Shown here piece after piece: positions 12,511-23,779 of a DNA stretch of 64,000 nt (the stretch's first letter is position 1; each line of letters starts with the position of its first letter). The translations under genes were made by a program, and so were the position numbers. Where the stretch lies: contig NC_086097.1 in the NCBI RefSeq assembly GCF_963921235.1, positions 232,254,001-232,318,000 on the forward strand, written 5' to 3'. Source of the stretch: Mobula hypostoma. Lineage: Eukaryota. The notes beneath the pieces were generated by a model. It searched no databases, was not told where the DNA came from, and worked only from the letters and a program-made list of their open reading frames with translations.

Positions 12511-12989
12511 GATCTTAAAGTCAAAAGATCCGCTAGGAGGCGGTAATCACAATGTAATACAACTCCAGATGCAGTCTGCGGGCATACACAACAGGACCAA
12601 AGCCATTGTTTTTAACTTAAGCAAAGAGAATTTTCGCGGCATGGAGGTGAAGTTGTTTGTAAACTGAGAAAATAAAGAAAGAAAGGACAGAGATGCAGAG
12701 TGACAGATAGTTATTGATTGATTTATTTATTCAGAGATACAGTGCAGGGCAGGACCTTCTGGCCCAGTGATTCATCTATTTAACCCCAGCCTAATTACAG
12801 GGCAATTTACAAAACCAATCAACCCATTAACCGGTATGAGTTTGGAAAATGGGAGGAAACCAGTTGCATGTGCGTTCATGCAGCTGGTCCCTGAAACTCA
12901 GCATGGATCCATCCCAGTTAGAAAGTTGGAGTTGATGAGAAGAGCATCATCTGCTGGATGGTTAGCAAAGGAAGTCAAGGATAATATAC

Positions 12990-15215
12990 ATAGCATAGCA
13001 CTGGAGAGGGAAAGGAACAGACAAGTTAGGAAAGTGTTTCATTGGAGTAAGGGGAAATATGAGGCTATCAGGCAGGAACTTGGAAGCATAAATTGGAAAC
13101 AGATGTTCTCAGGGAAACATACGGAAGAAATGTGGCAAATGTTCAGGGGATATTTGCATGGAGTTCTGCATAGGTACATTCCAATGAGACAGGGAAATGA
13201 TGGTAGGGCGGAGGAACCATGGTGTACAAAGGCTGTTGTAAATCTAGTCAAGAAGAAAAGAAGAGCTTACGAAAGGTTCAAAAAACTAGGTAATGATAGA
13301 GATCTACAAGATTATAAGGTTAGCAGGAAGGAGCTTAAGAAAGAAATTAGGACAGCCAGAAGGGGCCATAAGAAGGCCTTGGCAGACAGGATTAAGGAAA
13401 ACTCCAAGGCATTCTACAAGTATGTGAACAGCAAGAGGATAAGACATGAGAGAATAGGACCAAAGTCTGACAGTGGAAAAGTGTGTATGGAACAGGAGGA
13501 GATAGCAAAGGTACTTAATGAGTACTTTGCTTCAATATTCACTACGGAAAGAGATCTTGGTGACTGTAGGGATGACTTACAGTGGACTGAAAAGCTTGAG
13601 CATGTAGTATTAAGAAAGAGGATGTGCTGCAGCTTTTGGAAAGCATCAAGTTGGATAAGTCACCGGGACTGGACGAGATATACCCCAGACTACTGTGGGA
13701 GTTGAGGGAGGAGATTGCTGAGCCTCTGGCGATGATCTTGGCATCATCAATTGGGATGGGAGAGGTTCCAGAGGATTGGAGGGTTGAGGATGTTGTTCCA
13801 TTATTCAAGAAAGTGAGTAGAGTTAGCCCAGGAAATTATAGACCAGTGAGTCCTACTTCAGTGGTTGGTAAGTTGATGGAGAAGATCGTGAGAGGCAGGA
13901 TTTATGAACATTTGGAGAGGCATAATATGATTAGAAATAGTCAGCATGGCTTTGTGAAAGGCAGGTCGTGCCTTACAAGCCTGATGAAATTTTTTGAGGA
14001 TGTGACTAAACACATTGATGAAGGTAGAGCAGTAGATGTAGTGTATATGGATTTCAGCAAGGCATTTGATAAAGTACCCCATGCAAGGCTTATTGAGAAA
14101 GTAAGAAGGCATGGGATCCAAGAGGACATTGCTTTGTGGATCCAGAACTGGCTTGCCCACAGAAGGCAAAGAGTGGTTGTAGATGGGTCATTTTCTGCAT
14201 GGAGGTTGGTGACCAGTGGTGTGCCTCAGGGATCTGTTCTGGGATCCCTTCTCTTCGTGATTTTTATAAATGACCTGGATGAGGAAGTGAAGGGATGGAT
14301 TAGTCAATTTGCTGATGACTCAAAGGTTGGGGGTGTTGTGGATAGTGTGGAAGGCTGTCAAAAGTTACAGTGGAACATTGATAGGATGCAAAACTGGGCT
14401 GAGATGCGGCAGATGGAGTTTAACCGGGATAAGTGTGAGGTGGTCATTTTGGTAGGTCAAATATGATGGTAGAAAATAGTATTAATAGTAAGATGCTTGG
14501 CAGTGTGGAGATCAGAGGGATCTTGGGGTCCGAGTCCATAGGACACTCAAAGCTGCTGCACAGGTTGACTCTCTGGTTAAGAAAGCATACGGTGCATTGG
14601 CCTTCATCAATCGTGGGATTGAGTTTTGGAGCCGAGAGGTAATGTGGTAGCTATATCAGACCCCGGTCAGACCCCATTTGGAGTACTATGCTCAGTTCTG
14701 GTCACCTCACTACAGGAAGGATGTGGAAACCATAGAAAGGGTGCAGAGGAGATTAACAAGAACGTTGCCTGGATTGGGGAGCATGCCTTATGAGAAAAGG
14801 TTGAGTGAACTCAGCCTTTTTTTCCTTGGAGTGACGAAGAATGAGAGGTGACGTGATAGAGGTTTATAAGATGATGAGAGGCATTGATCGTGTGGATAAT
14901 CCGAGGCTTTTTCCCAGGGCTGAAATGGTTATCACAAGAGGACGCTGTTTTAAGGTGCTTGGAAGTAGGTGCAGAGGAGATGTCAGGGGTATGTTTTTTA
15001 CGCATAGAGTGGTGAGTACGTAGAATGGGCTGCCGGCAGCGGTGGTTGAGGTGGATACAATAGGGTCTTTTGGCAGACTCCTGGACAGCTACATAGAGCT
15101 CAGAAAAATAGAGGGCTATGGGTAATCCTAGGTAATTTCTAAGGTAAGGACATATTCAGCACAGCTTTGTGGGCCAAAGGGCCTGTATTATGTTGTAGGT
15201 TTTCTATGTTTCTAT
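12990..15215 (+). mobile_element. CR1 LINE, 5'-truncated, frameshifted ORF2
   Basis: KSPGLDEIYPRLL, YMDFSKAFDKVPH, GVPQGSVLG, FADD; TTCTATGTTTCTAT tail. Confidence 0.93.
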
Positions 15216-15231
15216 AATGTTCAATCAAAAA

Positions 15232-15598
15232 GTCATCATTATGTGCAGTGTCCTATGAAAAGAGCAATCAGGGTCTTCCATCTGTCCATGACCATGAATG
15301 TTCTTGCCAAATTTTTCTACAGAAAAATGTGGTTTGCCATTGCCTTCTTCTGGGCAGTGGCTTTACAAGACAGGTGACCCCAGCTATTGTCAATACTTTC
15401 CAGAGATTGTTTGCTTAGTGTCAGTGGTCACATAACCAGGACTTGTGCTATGCACCAGCTGCTAATATGACCATCCACCACCTGCTCCTGTGGTTTCATG
15501 TGACCCTGATCGGGGTCTAAGGACATGCTACACCTTGGCCAGGCTAGTGGCGGGAAGGAGCGCCTTACACCTCCTTCGGTAGAGAGCCCCCCACCCAA
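15232..15598 (-). mobile_element. RTE/BovB-associated short non-autonomous element (copy 1 of 3)
   Basis: GTGGTTTGCCATTGCCTTC signature; homologous to 38360-38705 and 45525-45787. Confidence 0.65.
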
Positions 15599-15645
15599 AA
15601 TTGCAGAGTAGGGTGTACAGAGAGGGAAAGGGTCATGTTTTGCTG

Positions 15646-15772
15646 ACGGAGGGTCACGGCCTGAAACGTCGACTGTACCTCTTCCTAGAGATGCTGCCTG
15701 GCCTGCTGCGTTCACCAGCAACTTTGACATGTGTTGCTTGAATTTCCAGCATCTGCAGAATTCCTGTTGTTT
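15646..15772 (+). mobile_element. 127-bp Penelope terminus with hammerhead motif and 11-bp TSD
   Basis: ATGTTTTGCTG at 15635-15645 and 15773-15783; insert nearly identical to ~44802-44929. Confidence 0.85.
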
Positions 15773-16689
15773 ATGTTTTGCTGTTGTTTTGTTTTGTGAT
15801 GCTGAAGCTGTTGATGCGGCTTGTGTTGATCTGCTGAACAGTATGAGCATGCTGGAATGTGTGCAGCCCTAGATGTGTTGGTTAAGTGCAAAGGACACGT
15901 TTCGATATTCATGCGACAAATAATTCTGAATCTGAATCTAAATTAAGGGCGCCTGTAAAAACAGAACCCATTTATCGCTCAGAGTCGGCCTGTACTACAA
16001 CTCTTTCCCTCCTACATCTATCTGTGATTTCCCTATATACTTGGGGAGCAAAAACCAAAGAAGACCCCCAACAGGGAAACAGGAAATAACAAATGACCAA
16101 GTCCCTATCCCAGACATAGACTTGGCCAGGACTGTAAAAACTTAAATCTATTAAAAACACAGAGTGACATTGAAATATCCAAACTTTTAAAAAGTTTTCA
16201 ATTAGAAATCTAAAACACTTATAAAACATTTCCAGACATTATGCATCTTTAGTACATCAAAAAAACTGATTTAGCGTTACTAGAGATGTTTATAAAAACT
16301 CTTGAAAAGATCTTAAAGGGCAATTTTAACTGATACTTTATCTGAAGGTCTTTGCAAGCTATCAGATTCTGACCAAGTTTCCCAAAGCAGTGGGCTTCTA
16401 GCAAAATGTTCTAGCAAGTTAGTGGTTGTGGATCCTCAGGACCAGCGCAATATTCCCCGCACGTTATAGGTGGAGCAGCCAACTCCGATTCTCACTGCCT
16501 GGATGAACTCTTTGATAAGCAGATGGCAGAGTGAAGCATTTGAATAGGCATGTTTGGAAGTCATAACTTTTCTATAATTTTACTTGGCATTGAAACCAAT
16601 TGCTTTTACCAATTGTCAACATTACCCCACAATATTCACAGCACTAGCTTCAGACGTGAGAAAAGAAACGGGTCTTCATTCCTGGCCAT

Positions 16690-17070
16690 CTAGAAGAGAG
16701 AGAGATGACCTCATTGAAGTACAGAGATTTTGAAGGGATTTGGCAGAATGATTTCCAAGAGAATGTTTCCCTTGGCTAGAGAGCTTGGGACTTCACTAGG
16801 ATAACATTTAAGGCTGAGATCAGGAAGAATTTCTTCATTCCAAGAACTCTTCAGAATTCTCAATCCCAGAGAGTAGCGGATGCTCAGACATTGAGTATTT
16901 TGTTGCCTCAGAGTGATAGATATTGGAATTCACGAGAAACAAGGGACATGTAGGTCACCATGGAAGATGATGTTGAAATACTGTAAAAAAAAAAGTCATG
17001 ATCTTATCGAATGGTAGAGAACATTCAAGAATTCCAATGGTTGTCTCTTGCTCCTATTATTTTTATGTCT
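16690..17070 (+). repeat. Old CR1 3' remnant
   Basis: GATGACCTCATTGAAGTAC...CATGATCTTATCGAATGG...TGCTCCTATT. Confidence 0.6.
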
Positions 17071-17239
17071 TTATAAATTCTGGAAGCATCTCCATCCAAA
17101 TTCAATCCACTTACAGCACACCTTAATTTGTAAAATAAGTTATACCTTTCCTGTCTCATTCAATAAAGAATGGTTAGTGTTAATATACACATAATCTCAA
17201 TGACCAAAACATTTCCATTCCATTCTCAACACAGAATTA

Positions 17240-17636
17240 CTCACTTACTTACTACCCGTTACACTGCTGGTGTTTGGGGCAGCAGTGAAGGTCCTCCATC
17301 TCATCGTGTCAGTAGAATCCTTTCAGTTTTCACTATTGTCAGTCATGCAAGTCCTGGGTGGAGACACAGGAATACAATCACACTCAGATGTAGAAGGATT
17401 GTTCATTGCTGTTTCCATAGCATTTTTTCCGACCAGTCAGGGTTGTTAGCCCTGAGATGAACCCCCAAAACTAGAGGACCAGTGGACCTCTCTTAGTCTG
17501 GCCTCTACTCTTTTCCATCGTTAACCCCACCAAGAGCCAAAGCATAAAACCCTGACTCCAGCCCAATATAGCCCTCTGGGTCACTGAGGTACGCAAGCCT
17601 CCAAACCCTACAACAAGGTTGTGGTCTTCCTGGAGG
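17240..17636 (-). mobile_element. Bipartite non-autonomous RTE-clade element (5' UTR joined to 3' end)
   Basis: Minus strand starts CCTCCAGGAAGACCACAACCTTGTTGTAGG and ends AGATGGAGGACCTTC...(TAAG)n. Confidence 0.6.
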
Positions 17637-18313
17637 TGAACACAGAATATCATTGTGTAATTAAGTTTCTGTGCAACAATATCCTTCCAAACCATCTCCA
17701 GGGATATCTACCAAATAAATAAAGCTGCAGTTTCTAATTGTACAGGACAAGACACTGACATTCGGGGGGAAAGACCTTAATGTCAATGAAAAATAAACTA
17801 GATGATGTGTCTCAACCCAAAATGTCAACTGTTGATTCCCCTCAACAGATGCTGCTGGGCTCATCCAGTGGCTCATTTTTGGCTCCAGGTTCCAGCACCT
17901 GGAGACTTCTGCCATCTCCGATTAAGATGGTGTCTGTATTTTACAGTTTGGGATACTTCCCAGGAACACCATCTGATTCACCTTCGGAAGTGTCTACTTA
18001 GTTTCCGCTCGTAAAGTAATCAAGCAGGTAAACCTCTAATATTCAAGAAGCAGGTGTAATATTTTTTATTGCACAGCTTTCTACAGTGACTTCATTGTCT
18101 GAGGATTCAAAGTTGACCATTGTGAAAAGGCAGTCCCAGTCTATTACAGGTTAAATTTATTACATGCGAGTGCAGATCGTGGCAATGTGGAGGGCAACAG
18201 AAGGGAGGGGGGAGGAGATACAGGAGTGATAGGACAGTCAAACCCACTGTGAGCATATGATTTTATAATATATTAATCAGTAGAGGATCACTTGTTCATT
18301 TCTTTTTAGTTTA

Positions 18314-18545
18314 GGGCGGCATGGTAGTATCGGCAGTTAGTGTAACGGGTCCAGCGACATGGGTTCAATTCTGCCGCTGTCTGTCAGTGTTTGTACATTC
18401 TCCCCGTGTTTGTGTAGGTTTCCTCTGGGAGCTCTGGTTTCCTCCCACATAGACAGATGGCAGGTTAAATGGTCACATGGGTGTAATTGGGCAGCCTGGA
18501 CTCAGAGAACCAGAAAGGCCTGTAACCATGCTGTATCTTTAAGTA
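18314..18545 (+). mobile_element. tRNA-derived SINE
   Basis: GGGCGGCATGGTAGT head, GGGTTCAATTC B box, GTTTGTACATTCTCCCCGTG body. Confidence 0.7.
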
Positions 18546-18751
18546 AAAAATAATAATTTCCGTCGCTAAGCGAAACACTCTGACAGCCGCACTGGGTGGG
18601 ATGAGTTAAGTTACCCCAGAGATAGTGGATAAGATCTGGGATTTTCCTCGTTAATATCACTCAGTTGCATAGGCATTCTTCCTTTTACGGACTCAGCCAT
18701 TTATGTCCAGACTTGTTAGTTTTCTGAGTCATGGATCCAATGGAAACTTAC

Positions 18752-18859
18752 TCAATAACAGGCACTGCATACGTGTTGTGGAGAAATCTTGGCTGGAGGG
18801 CGCAGTACAATATATTGCAAACAAGTTGTGTCCACCAGGCAGAACAAGTTGTCCAGAGC
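18752..18859 (-). CDS. Candidate 108-bp internal exon of an unidentified host gene
   Basis: Unique sequence; GCAG| acceptor after a pyrimidine-rich stretch; consensus donor GA|GTAAGT; length 36 codons; open in two frames (LWTTCSAWWTQLVCNILYCALQPRFLHNTYAVPVI or SGQLVLPGGHNLFAIYCTAPSSQDFSTTRMQCLLL). Confidence 0.45.
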   Translation of the reverse strand, partial: ALDNLFCLVDTTCLQYIVLRPPAKISPQHVCSACY

Positions 18860-19188
18860 CTGCTCGTACATGGAAATTGGAAAATTATTACTTTTAATAA
18901 AGTGCGGTCTCCATTCAACTGTTAAATGCATTCCACAAGGCTGAGCTTGAAAGTCTAGTAGCCAAAATTAGATGCACTGGAGTCTGGAATTGAGAGGAAG
19001 GGAGGGTGGGAATAAAAACACTAGAAATTGTGTGTACTGGTGTCAGGGGAACTGCGGGAGAAGATGGCAGCATTTCTAGAGGAGAGCAGAATCAGATCTA
19101 TTAAATATCGTGAAATTTGTTTTACACAGCAGTACAGTGCAATACATAAAATATACTATAAATTATAACGATATACAGTATATATATA

Positions 19189-19706
19189 GAGAACATAGAA
19201 CATAGAATAGTACAGCACAGTACAGGCCCTTTGGCCCACAATGTTGTGCCGAACCTCAACCCCTGCCTCTCATATAACCCCCCACCTTAAATTCCTCCAT
19301 ATACCTGTCTAGTAGTCTGTTAAACTTCATTAGTGTATCTGCCTCCACCACTGACTCAGGCAGTGCATTCCACGCACCAACCACTCTCTGAGTAAAAAAC
19401 CTTCCTCTAATATCACCCTTGAACTTCCCACCCCTTACCTTAAAGCCATGTCCTCTTGTATTGAGCAGTGGTGCCCTGGGGTAGAAGCGCTGGCTATCCA
19501 CTCTATCTATTCCTCTTATTATCTTGTACACCTCTATCATGTCTCCTCTCATCCTCCTTCTCTCCAAAGAGTAAAGCCCTATCTCCCTTAATCTGTGATC
19601 ATAATCTATACTCTCTAAACCAGGCAGCATCCTGGTAATCTCCTCTGTACCCTTTCCAATGCTTCCACATCCTTCCTATAGTGAGGCGACCAGAACTGGA
19701 CACAGT
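19189..19706 (-). mobile_element. CR1 LINE 3' end inserted in a (TA)n run of a Rex-type 3' UTR
   Basis: CVQFWSPHYRKDV...RMRGDMIEVYKI...FFTQRVV; (AACATAG)n tail; TA runs on both sides. Confidence 0.92.
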
Positions 19707-20149
19707 TTATATATATATATAGTATATATAAATGCTGTAGGAAAATAAATATTGGAAAAATAGTGAGGAAACATTCATGGGCTAATTGTTCATTCAGAAA
19801 TCTGATTGCGACAGTTGGGGTAATTGCATTGGTTGATGGGGTTGGGGCAAGAGAGGAAGCTGAGATGAAGAGTGAACACTTCACATAATGTATATCATCA
19901 GAAAGCATGAACTCTGCAGGTAAATCTGAACTGTATTCTCTCAACATAAATTCCAAGAAGATTCAAATCTGCAAAAATATGGGTCATTAAAAGTGTGAAG
20001 AATATCATAGAAAGGCAATGGAATCTAAATTGAACAATTTTGAAGTGGGTGCAAGGGCAGAGGTCCTGGGTGATTTTGCAGTTATGTTTGGCTTTGTAAG
20101 AGTGTGTGTGTGTGTGTGTACGCGCGCGTGCGTGTGGGGGGGGGGGCGG

Positions 20150-20430
20150 GTGAGCAGGTGGAACTAAAGGAAGGTACTGGGCAGGTAAAGAGAAGAGAAG
20201 GGGTAAAAGGAGAGACAGAATGGGGAATTGGAAAAAGTGAGAAGAGCAAGGAGGAGAAACGACTTGAAGTTGAAGTTGGAAAAATCGATGTTCAGGCCGT
20301 CAATTTGGAGGTGGTCCAAGGAATATGAGATGTTGCTCCCCAAACTTGACAATGGCCTCATCGTGGCCATGGGTGGACATATTGGAATGGGAGTGAGAAG
20401 TAGAATAAAAATGATGACCTTTGGTGGTGG
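20150..20430 (-). repeat. Degenerate Penelope 3' fragment
   Basis: LQIDGLNIDFSNF remnant plus purine-rich tract. Confidence 0.65.
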
Positions 20431-20744
20431 ATGGAGCAAAGAAATGAATAAAGTCATTTACAAAGCTCTCTCAGGACTCCGATAGAGCACTCGATATGGT
20501 TCTGGGAACTGCACTTTAGGAACACATCGTAGACTTGGGAAGTTCCCAGTTCAGGACAGTACTGGGAATGAGGTATTCCAAGTATGTGTACAGGTCAGAA
20601 AAACAGCAATAGTTTACATTGGAACAGATAAGTCTGAGGGGAGAACTAATGGAAGTAAACAAAATAATCAGAAGCTATAATATATACTGTCAGGAGAAAT
20701 TGTTTTTTCTGATAAATGGATTGGTAAATAGAGTTCATATGAAA

Positions 20745-21211
20745 TACTGTACTGTGTGAAAGCCTTAGGCACATATATCAGCTAGGGTGCGTAAGACATT
20801 TGCACAGTACTGTAGTGTAGTAATTTTATGTATTGCACTGTACTGCCGTCGCAAACAAAAACAACTTTCTTGACATACGTGAGTGAAGAGAAACCTGATT
20901 CTGACATGGGTCCTTATTGTGGGCTGAGAGTGGAAAGGGGTCAGGGAACGGTTGGGAAAAGGGAAGGGAGAGGGGGGGCAGTAATGATCAATAAACTAAT
21001 TGTTTGGAATCAAATGACCTTGCCTAATGTCTCAGGACTGTTTCTGCCTGCACCCGCGCCGCTCCCCACCCCTGGCGCTCTTTGCCACCTGTCCCACGGC
21101 TCTCCCTCCCCACTCCCAACATCCTTTGCTCCCGCCGGATTTACAAACTCACTCTCCACTCTATGTTGACAAATACCGTACTGTGCAAAAGTCTTAGTCA
21201 CTCTAGCTATA
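20745..21211 (+). mobile_element. Composite MITE-flanked element, copy 2
   Basis: TACTGTACTGTGTGAAAGCCTTAGGCAC...GACATTTGCACAGTACTGTA on the left; half MITE CGTACTGTGCAAAAGTCTTAG on the right; shared core. Confidence 0.7.
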
Positions 21212-22299
21212 TTCTGTAGGTGCAAAAAGAATGAAAGGATAATAAGGAAAAACATTTTCATGTGGAGGCTTGGTAAGATATAGGGTTTGCTATGCAGAAA
21301 GTTGGTGGAAATGGATCTGATAAGGTCATTGAAAATATAATTGGTCATGTATGGTAAGATAATTAATTAGAAGCATACAATGGAAAATGAAGGGGCGCGG
21401 AACAGGATTGTACTGCTCTTTCGTAGTTGGCTGAATGAAAACAACATTAAATAAATAATTTGTGCTGTCTTCGTGATAATAAAAATATTATGAGAATGGA
21501 AAAAGTAAACAACTTAGAAAAGGAGGATCCCTGGAGAGATTGATGTATTCCAGGGATCTAATTGTTTATATCCTAGAGACCTGAATGCTGACTTCAGAGG
21601 CAATGGGTGCATGGGACTTCACTTTCAGAATTCTGTAGGTTTAAGACTAGTCCAAGTAGATCGGAAGATAGCAAGTATAATTCCGCTGTTAAAGAAAGGG
21701 GGAAGGAGATAAAGCAGATAGGATGTGGGAAGATGATCCCCAAAGTTTCCATTATTTTCATTGCCAATTCATTCAAAATGAATTGATCTTTGGGTCTTTC
21801 AGATTTATGTATCAGTTTTCAAGCTTACTAGTACAATTTCTTTAATAATACTACATTTTTTTAATCATTTGCTCTTGAACCTTGGTCCTCCAGTACTTCT
21901 GGAAGGCTTTTCATATATTTGGCCCTGTGTTACCTGGCCAAATTATTGGTTAATTCCTCTGCAATTTTCTTATTAACAACTCTACTTCCCTCCATCTCTG
22001 AACATAAGGGACCCTAATTTTTCCTCACTGACCTGATCTTCATATATACCTACCGAGGCTCTTACAGACAGTTTTTATGGTTCTTTCCAGTTTACCCTCA
22101 TTTTCTACCATATGTTCAACGTCTTGGTCAACATTTTCTCCCTGCAACACATTGCCAAATTCCTGATCCCCGAGACCCCATCCAGAGGGGTCCCATTTTC
22201 AATATTGACTCCAAGAATCCCAACTATGGACGACACTCATGTCCGTAAATTCCAAAAGCTGAAATCTTGGTTCTAATGGAACCAATGTATGAAACTCTC

Positions 22300-22610
22300 A
22301 CCACCAGGTTCAAAAACAGTTACTACCCCTCAACCATCAGGCTCTTGAAGAGAAGCGGATAAGTACACTCATTCTATTTCTGATGTTCCCACAATCAGTG
22401 ATTTCACTTTAAGGACTTGTTATCTTGTTATTTCATGCTCTTGTTATTTATTGCTATTATTAATGTTTGCATTTGCAGCTTGTTTTTCATTGATCCTGTT
22501 TGCGTTACTGTTCTATAGATTTGCTGAGTGTGCCTGCAGGAAAAAGAACCTCAGGGTCGTATGGGTTTATACCCTGATAATAGATTTTACATTGAACTTT
22601 GAACTTTGAA
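22300..22610 (+). repeat. Rex1/Babar-type LINE 3' UTR
   Basis: CACCACCAGGTTCAAAAACAG...ACCATCAGGCTCTTGAA; (AACTTTG)n tail. Confidence 0.7.
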
Positions 22611-22753
22611 TTCATTATGCCAATCCAAACCTCAGTATCTGTATTCCCTAAGAACCAAAACATTCTCATGATAAGGTTCCCATTGTGGACAAAACATTCC
22701 TGGCTTGTGTGTGGGGACAGAGCTCAGTACTGCTGAGGCATGACATTCATTTT

Positions 22754-23585
22754 CAGTGGATTCCAGTTAATTGGGACATTGGTTAATCAGGGCAGCTACT
22801 TATTTGGGACAACTGTTAAAGAACAAAAACTAATCAAGAAAATAGCTTGGATTCCCTTTGTTTATCTGGGACATCCAAGCAACTTAATTGGGACAGGACT
22901 CTGTTGTGGAACAGTTTCTAACTAGCAACAATCACATGCACTTGCGTGGCCATTAGAAACTATACCGAGCTTAGAGAGAACAGTTTTTAAATAGTGTCTG
23001 ATGTGTGTGTTTGTGTTCAAAGAGCGATGCTTTTTGTCACTGATAGTTGGCGAAAAACAAGCAAGAAGACAATGCAGAACTATTTTGCTCACTGTGGCTT
23101 CAAACATTCAGGCTTGGAGAGGCCATAATCACCCGGGTGTGAAAATAAAATAATTTCAATATCTCGACAAGTTAGGAACTATGAAGAATGTGAAGGTATC
23201 AGCAATAATCTTAATTGTTACAATAAAAATAAATACTTGGAAAATGCTATCATTGAAAGCATTGTATGGTGGCAGTCCATTATAGGAGTCTGCAATGATT
23301 TTGTTCATTTACAGTCAATTAAAAGAACATATCAGCATACACTGGAGGAATTCCTCTGTTGATAACTATTAAGAACAGATACACAATTTTAAAGTACTCT
23401 ACTAGTGTAGGTAATGTTCCAATATGTTCTGTATTACATTTAAATACATAACTTGTTGTTGACTTAAATGGTAGTTTGTCTTTTTTCTACCTTCTTAACT
23501 GTTTCCAAGAAGCTTTGGTTAACTGGGGCAGCCACTTAATAGGCCAAAAAGTATTGGTCCCGATGTGTCCCAATTAACCAGAATC
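22754..23585 (+). mobile_element. Tigger/pogo-like non-autonomous DNA transposon
   Basis: TIRs CAGTGGATTCCAGTTAATTGGGACA / TGTCCCAATTAACCAGAATC; transposase C-terminal remnant TMQNYFAHCGF at ~23070. Confidence 0.75.
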
Positions 23586-23779
23586 TGGCTCAAAAACTAT
23601 ATCCTAACTATTGCTGGCATCTCTGGCCTGGCCCCTTCATTCGATCTGGGTGGAAAGGTAAAAGGAGGAAATTGACTTCTGTTTATTCAGAGTCAGAATC
23701 ACATTTATTGTCACCAATGTACATCATGAAATTTGTTGTTTTGTGGCAGCAGTTCAGTGCAAGTCGAAAAAGGTGATGA

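Noticed and set aside
17947..18027. Plus-strand 81-bp exon (TTTTACAG| ... CAG|GTAAAC)
   Set aside because: Stops in all three frames; the shorter version needs a weak donor at 18011; a non-coding exon cannot be excluded
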